Assembly (NCBI RefSeq): GCF_009914755.1
Contig: NC_060932.1
DNA: 64,000 nucleotides
Direction: 5' to 3' (one strand)
DNA from: the human T2T-CHM13v2.0 reference genome, Homo sapiens
Position numbers and translations under genes: made by a program. Positions within the stretch are counted from its first letter, which is position 1. The number at the start of each line of letters is the position of its first letter. This document shows, in pieces, positions 58,901 to 64,000 of the stretch. Under the pieces are notes generated by a model that saw nothing but the letters and a program-made list of their open reading frames with translations, did not search any database and had not been told where the DNA came from.

Positions 58901-61006
58901 GTCCCCTGTTAGTCTGATGGGCTGCATTTTGTAGGTGACCTGGCCTTTCTATCTGACTGCCTTTAACATTTTTTTCTTTCATTTGTATATTTCAGAATCT
59001 GATTATTATGTGTCTTGGGGTTGATCTTCTAATGGAGTATCTTACTGGGGTTCTCTATATTTCCTGGATTTGAATGTTGGCCTGTCTTTCTCTGTTGGGG
59101 AAGTTCTCCTGGATGATATACTTAAGTATGTTTTGCAACTTGGTTCCATTCTCCCCATCTCTTTCAGGTACCCTAATGAGTCTTAGGTTCTGTCTTTTTA
59201 AATAATTTCATATTTTTTGGAGGTTTTGTTCATGCCTTTTCATTCTTTTTTTTTTTTCTTTCTGTTCTTGTATGCCTGTCTTACGTCAGAAAGACAGTCT
59301 TCAAGCTCTGAGATTCTTTTCTCTGCTTGGTCTATAGTTCTCATGTTGTGTTTTTCAGCTCCATCAGGTTGGTTATATTCCTCTCTAAACTGGCTATTCT
59401 GGCTATCAGCTCCTGTATTGTTTTATCATGAGTCTTAGCTTCTTTGCCATTGGGTTACCACATGCTCCTTTATCTCAGCAAAGTTTGTTATTACCCACCT
59501 TCTGAAGCCTACTTTTGTCACTTCAGCCATCTCAGCCTCAGCCCAGTTTGTGCCCTTACTGGACAGGTGTTGTGGTCATTTGAAGGAGAAGAGCTGTTCT
59601 GGCTTTTTGAGTTTTTAGCGTTTTTGTGTTGATTCTTTCTTAGCTTTATGGGCTTACCTACCTTTGGTCTTTGGGGTTGGTGACCTTTGATTTGGGTTTT
59701 TATGGGGTCTTTTTTATTGACGTTGTTGTTGTTTTCTGTTTGTTTTTCTTTTAATAGTGATGGCACTGTTTTGTGGGGCTGCTGTGGTTTGCAAGGGTCC
59801 CCTTCAGACCCTAGTTGCCTTCGTTTTTCTCCTTCCCAGAGTTATCACCAGTGAAAGCTGTGAACCAGCGAAGATGGCAGCCTTCCCCTTTTTCTGGAAG
59901 CTTTTTTTCAGTGGGGCACTGACCTGTTGCTGGCCCAAATATGCCTGTAGGAGGTGACTGGAGACTCCTGCTGGGAGGTCTCACCCAGTCAGGAGGAACA
60001 GGATCAGGGATCTGCCTAAAGAAGCAATCAGGTGGCCCTTTGGTAGAGCAGGTGTGCTGCATTCAGGGGTCTCTTCTTTGTCTGGACTGTTCGTATTCTC
60101 CAAAGCTGGAATGGCTGAGTCTACTGAACTGCAGAGATAGAGAACCCCTGGGAGCTTCATCCCTGAGAAAGATCAAAGCTCTGTCCGGAGAATCCTTGCT
60201 GGAGTGGGTGAAGCCCTCACAGGGAGGTCTTGCCAAGTGAGGAGGAATGAATTGGGTTCCACTTAAAGAAGCAGTCTGGCCATGATCTGTCAAGGCAGCT
60301 ATGCTGCTCTGTGGGGGACCCCTCCTCATCCAAACTGCCTGTATTCTTCAAAGTTGGCAGGCTGAAATGACTGAGTCTACTGAACCACAGAGATGGTGGT
60401 CACCCATCCCCCTGGGAACTCAGTCCTGACTCAGGCAGACTCCAGCCTGCTACTACCAGCTGGCTGGAATTCCAAGCCAGTGGGTCCCAACTTGTGAGGC
60501 ACCATGTAAGTGGGGCCCACAGAATGATGCCACTTTGCTCCCTGGACTCAGTCCCCTTCCTAGGGGTATTCACAGATGGATCTCCTGCCTTGATGCAGAT
60601 TCCGGGGCCAAAGTATGCAAAACTCCTGGGTCTCTGTGTGTGTCTAAGCAGCCGCTCTGCCGAAACCTCACATAGCTCAGTGTATTGGACCCAGGACCCT
60701 GGTGATGTGGGTTCACGAGGATATCTCCTGATCCATGGGTTGCAAGGATCTGTGGGAGAAACGTGGTTTCCTGGGCAGGTCACACAATCACTGACAGCTT
60801 CCCTTTGCTCCGTGCTGCTCCCAGGTGGGCTATCGCCCTACCCTGCTTCTCTTTGTTCTCTGAGGGTCAAGTTGTTTGCTTAGTCAGTTTCAACGTGAGA
60901 ACTCAGATATTTCAGTTGAAGGTGCTGAACTGACTTGCTCCTTTCATTCCTCTCCTTGAGTGCTGTGGAATGCAGCTGCTTTCAATTGGCTGTCTTAGCT
61001 TTCCAC
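55977..61006 (-). mobile_element. L1PA10-12-like LINE with both ends present and an internal ORF2 deletion
   Basis: 3' UTR at 55977-56320; ORF2 start [25 protein letters not shown] (58338-58580); 5' UTR to ~61006; TSD aactgtct[c/a]ctt[t/c]t at 55963-55976 and 61007-61020. Confidence 0.87.
56856..57025. repeat. ~85-bp tandem duplication within L1 ORF2
   Basis: tttttgcat...tcatcaaggacattg...gtatctgtgccaggttttggtatca occurs at 56856 and 56941. Confidence 0.88.
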
Positions 61007-61801
61007 AACTGTCTACTTCTAAATCAGTTTCTGACTGTGAATTTTAGATTTTTGTAATATAAAAATATCTTCTCATCTCAGAGAATTAGAAAGTAGTTTT
61101 TTCTATATGCTATTTTAGATAAGACTTTATTGAACTCAGCAGAACTAGAAGTAAAGCACTGACTTGATTATTATAGTTATTTCTATACTATTTATTTAAA
61201 TTCATTTTCAGTCTGGAATAGTTGTTTGCATAATTAACTTATGAATATTTCTAATTTAATATACCTAGTTATTTTAATAGCTATTTTAAGAGAGTTTGGA
61301 TACCTGCCCTCCCCCACCTCCCATTCCTTTCTCTGCTCCTTTAGGCATAAAGAAATTCATTTGTAAGACTTTTAAAAATACATTCGTAAAACTCTATGTT
61401 TAATTTAAAATATTTATGCCTTTACTTCAATATTAAGGAAAAATTAAAAAAAGGAAATCTATTTGCACTTAACTAAATGTAATTGTGTTTAATATAGTAT
61501 GTTAAAATAATTATTTAAAAATCTTCAATATCAATAAAAATATTCAGAAAACTTCAGGACCAAATCATTGCTTTAAAACAGAGGTAGAATTTTAATATTA
61601 GTTTTCTGTTAAGGACAAATGATTCATTTTCTCTTTTTTGTGTAAAATTGATTGAAATGTATAATTTCAATATATGGCAAAGCACTAAGTCTTTCTATAT
61701 AAAATTCTTATTTTTGGTGTCCATTTTATATGAACACAAATTTGTAAATAGAAATCTCTTCATAGTACAGTGCACTCAGTTGTGCAAACTTATCTTTTTA
61801 G

Positions 61802-61834
61802 GGTCAAAGAAGAACACAAACCACAACTGACACA
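61802..61834 (+). CDS. RIMS2: RIMS2 33-nt cassette microexon, (K)VKEEHKPQLT(Q), Rab3-binding-domain insert
   Basis: tatctttttag|ggtcaaagaagaacacaaaccacaactgacaca|gtaagt; phase 2-2; joins in frame with the next exon to give the RIM2 peptide recognised from memory. Confidence 0.9.
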
Positions 61835-62220
61835 GTAAGTAAATGTATTAAGAGTGTAGTAGGCTTGACTTCTGTACTTTTGCCACATACTGCTTTCTGG
61901 TATTAGCTTACACTAATACTGGATAGGCTGCAGCTAGTGTGTCTTCTGCTTTCTGACTCTCTGGCTTGTAAGAGAGCTGCTTGCAGCTTCTTACATCACC
62001 CACATAGTGACTGGATGTAGTTTTTTGCTGCCTGCTTGTGGACTAGTTAAGTGTTCAAATTTAATTTCCCTACATTTTGACTGCCTGGATGATAATTGGA
62101 GCTCACATTACCATTGGCTGTAGCTTTTGTGCCTGTGTATTTTTATTATGGATAAGAAAACGTTAACCTACATTGTTATTCATTTGGTTATTCAGTCACA
62201 TTATTTGCTTATTTAAACAG

Positions 62221-62307
62221 GTGGTTTCCCTTTAGTGGAATCACTGAACTGGTAAATAACGTTCTTCAGCCCCAGCAAAAACAACAAAATGAAAAGGAGC
62301 CCCAGAC
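62221..62307 (+). CDS. RIMS2: RIMS2 87-nt cassette exon, (Q)WFPFSGITELVNNVLQPQQKQQNEKEPQ(T)
   Basis: atttaaacag|gtggttt...cccagac|gtaagt; only one open frame; phase 2-2; peptide matches the recalled RIM2-alpha N-terminal sequence preceding KLHQQFEMYKEQV. Confidence 0.93.
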
Positions 62308-63429
62308 GTAAGTAAGCTGATCTATATAGACTAAATATTATCTCTGATAGTATAACATACTGAAAAGTATGTGTTAAAATACTGTCCTTGAAATAGTATG
62401 CCCTCAGAAAGGAAAATTGTTCGGTTAGGGTTTGATACTGTTACCCTTAATGAAAATCTATAAAGAAGGCAAGGATAATTAATAGGGTAGTAAAAAAGAA
62501 GAGGTAATTCCCCCCACCCTGCTATATTTTAGTATAAATAATGTAAGCCATACTTATTCAGTAAAACATCCTTTTCCAACAATGCAATATATAACTAGAG
62601 TGTGTTTCTTTCAAAAATTGTTCTAGAGGACATTAAAAGATATTAACCCCCAAATTCAATCTTTAGTCAAATAGTTTTGGAAAGGTTGTTTTAAAAAAGG
62701 TTAAGCAAGTTTCTTTATTATAATTATTCTGAGAACCCAAATATGCTCCAAGGGTATTAGAACATACACTGTTTAATACATTTGTTTGACCACTGAATCC
62801 TGTTTTTACTAAACATTTCATTAGGTTATGAAACATAATTTGGGAAATGTGGCAATATATTCTCACACTGACCTGAAGCATTAAAGAAGTATTGATTTCA
62901 TTTTTTTGTTATTAGATTTAAAAACACTGTTTAAAAAGTTGTTCACTTCTGTAGCATTTTAATTTTGTGCAAGCAATATTATTTATGTTGTGAAGTTGAG
63001 GTAGCTGAAGATGTGAGAGAGACTGCATATATTTAAATTCCAGTATTCTCCTGACAGTTGTCATAATATTCAGATGTGCTCCAACCACTTAGCCTCTGTG
63101 CTTCCTTTTGAATTATGACTTTGGAGAAGCTGGTTTGGTTGTAGGAATGGACAAGTTGACAAGTGACATGGACTCCAGGAGAGAATGAGAATGACGAGTA
63201 TGATGAAACACTCAGAAAAACATTCATATTTTGCCTTTAATGCAGAGTAAAAGATAAACATCTTTTATGTCTTGTTGCTATTGATGAGGATAATCTCATG
63301 CATTTTATGCTACTTTGCATACATTTTATGTTATATTTTGTCAGGGTTTTCATTTCAACTGAAGTAAAAGTATGATATGTACTCTTCCTAATAGTTAATA
63401 TGTAGTTCTCAAATTGGAACTTCTCCTGT

Positions 63430-63535
63430 ACTTAAGGTCGTTGAAGTAGGGCCAGTATTTGTCTTGCCTACTGTTTTATTCTTGGCATTTAGCAGAATGC
63501 CTAATACATAGTAGGAACTCAATAAATATTTCTTC
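63430..63535 (+). mobile_element. L2 3' fragment
   Basis: gcatttagcagaatgcctaatacatagtaggaactcaataaatattt. Confidence 0.65.
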
Positions 63536-64000
63536 ACAATTGATTTTTCATATTTTATCCTTTTATGATACAGGAATTTTATGACATAAGGAGTAAAATT
63601 AAATTTAACAATTGCTTTTCTAACTAGCAAGCATTATATTAAAATGCCACACAATGTCATTGTTTTGCTTTTTCACTATGGCACTGAAGCTTAAAATAAA
63701 ATGGAGAAACCAATAACAAAATATAATTAGATGTAATTTTGTCTTGGTTTTAAATGACTTCAGTTAATGTATCTTGTGTGTGAGGTTTTGAAAATAATCA
63801 AGACTGTGCCATATTATGTATTAATTACCATGGCCATTAAATAAAATGACATATTTTGTGAGTAACTTTTAAAAAATGATATTTAGATTATTGTAACAAA
63901 GTGACATTTGATTGGCATAAACACAAAAGAAATCACTTTAATAATAAATATAATCCAATCTGCTTTGATTTTTGTATAGGAAGATGGTAGAAAAAATTAG

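Noticed and set aside
63961-64000. Acceptor-like tttttgtatag|gaag at the window end
   Set aside because: Truncated by the window edge, and the sequence does not match the expected next RIMS2 peptide (KLHQQF).

Overview
Primate (human or great-ape) AT-rich genomic DNA, mostly transposable-element debris, with no prokaryotic-type genes, RNA genes or CRISPR arrays. The only cellular coding sequence I can support is two small + strand cassette exons near the right end: 61802-61834 (33 nt) and 62221-62307 (87 nt). Together they encode VKEEHKPQLTQWFPFSGITELVNNVLQPQQKQQNEKEPQT, which I recognise from memory as the 40-aa alternative insert in the N-terminal Rab3-binding domain of RIMS2 (RIM2-alpha). 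The first ~61.8 kb is therefore inferred to be RIMS2 5' intronic sequence. It holds a full-length L1PA2-type LINE-1 (12585-18617, minus) nested in older L1PA and L1MA elements inside a MIR, several other L1 copies, ten Alu copies/fragments, solo LTRs (LTR10C-, MER11-, LTR7-, MLT-, MST-like), DNA transposon fossils (Charlie1a-, MER82-like) and MIR/L2 relics. The most interesting hypothesis: the L1 antisense promoter points in the RIMS2 direction, and its open ORF0 has a phase-2 splice donor in frame with the phase-2 RIMS2 exons, predicting a possible hominid-specific ORF0-RIM2 fusion. Subfamily names come from recalled consensus sequences, not a database search, and boundaries of old repeats are approximate.
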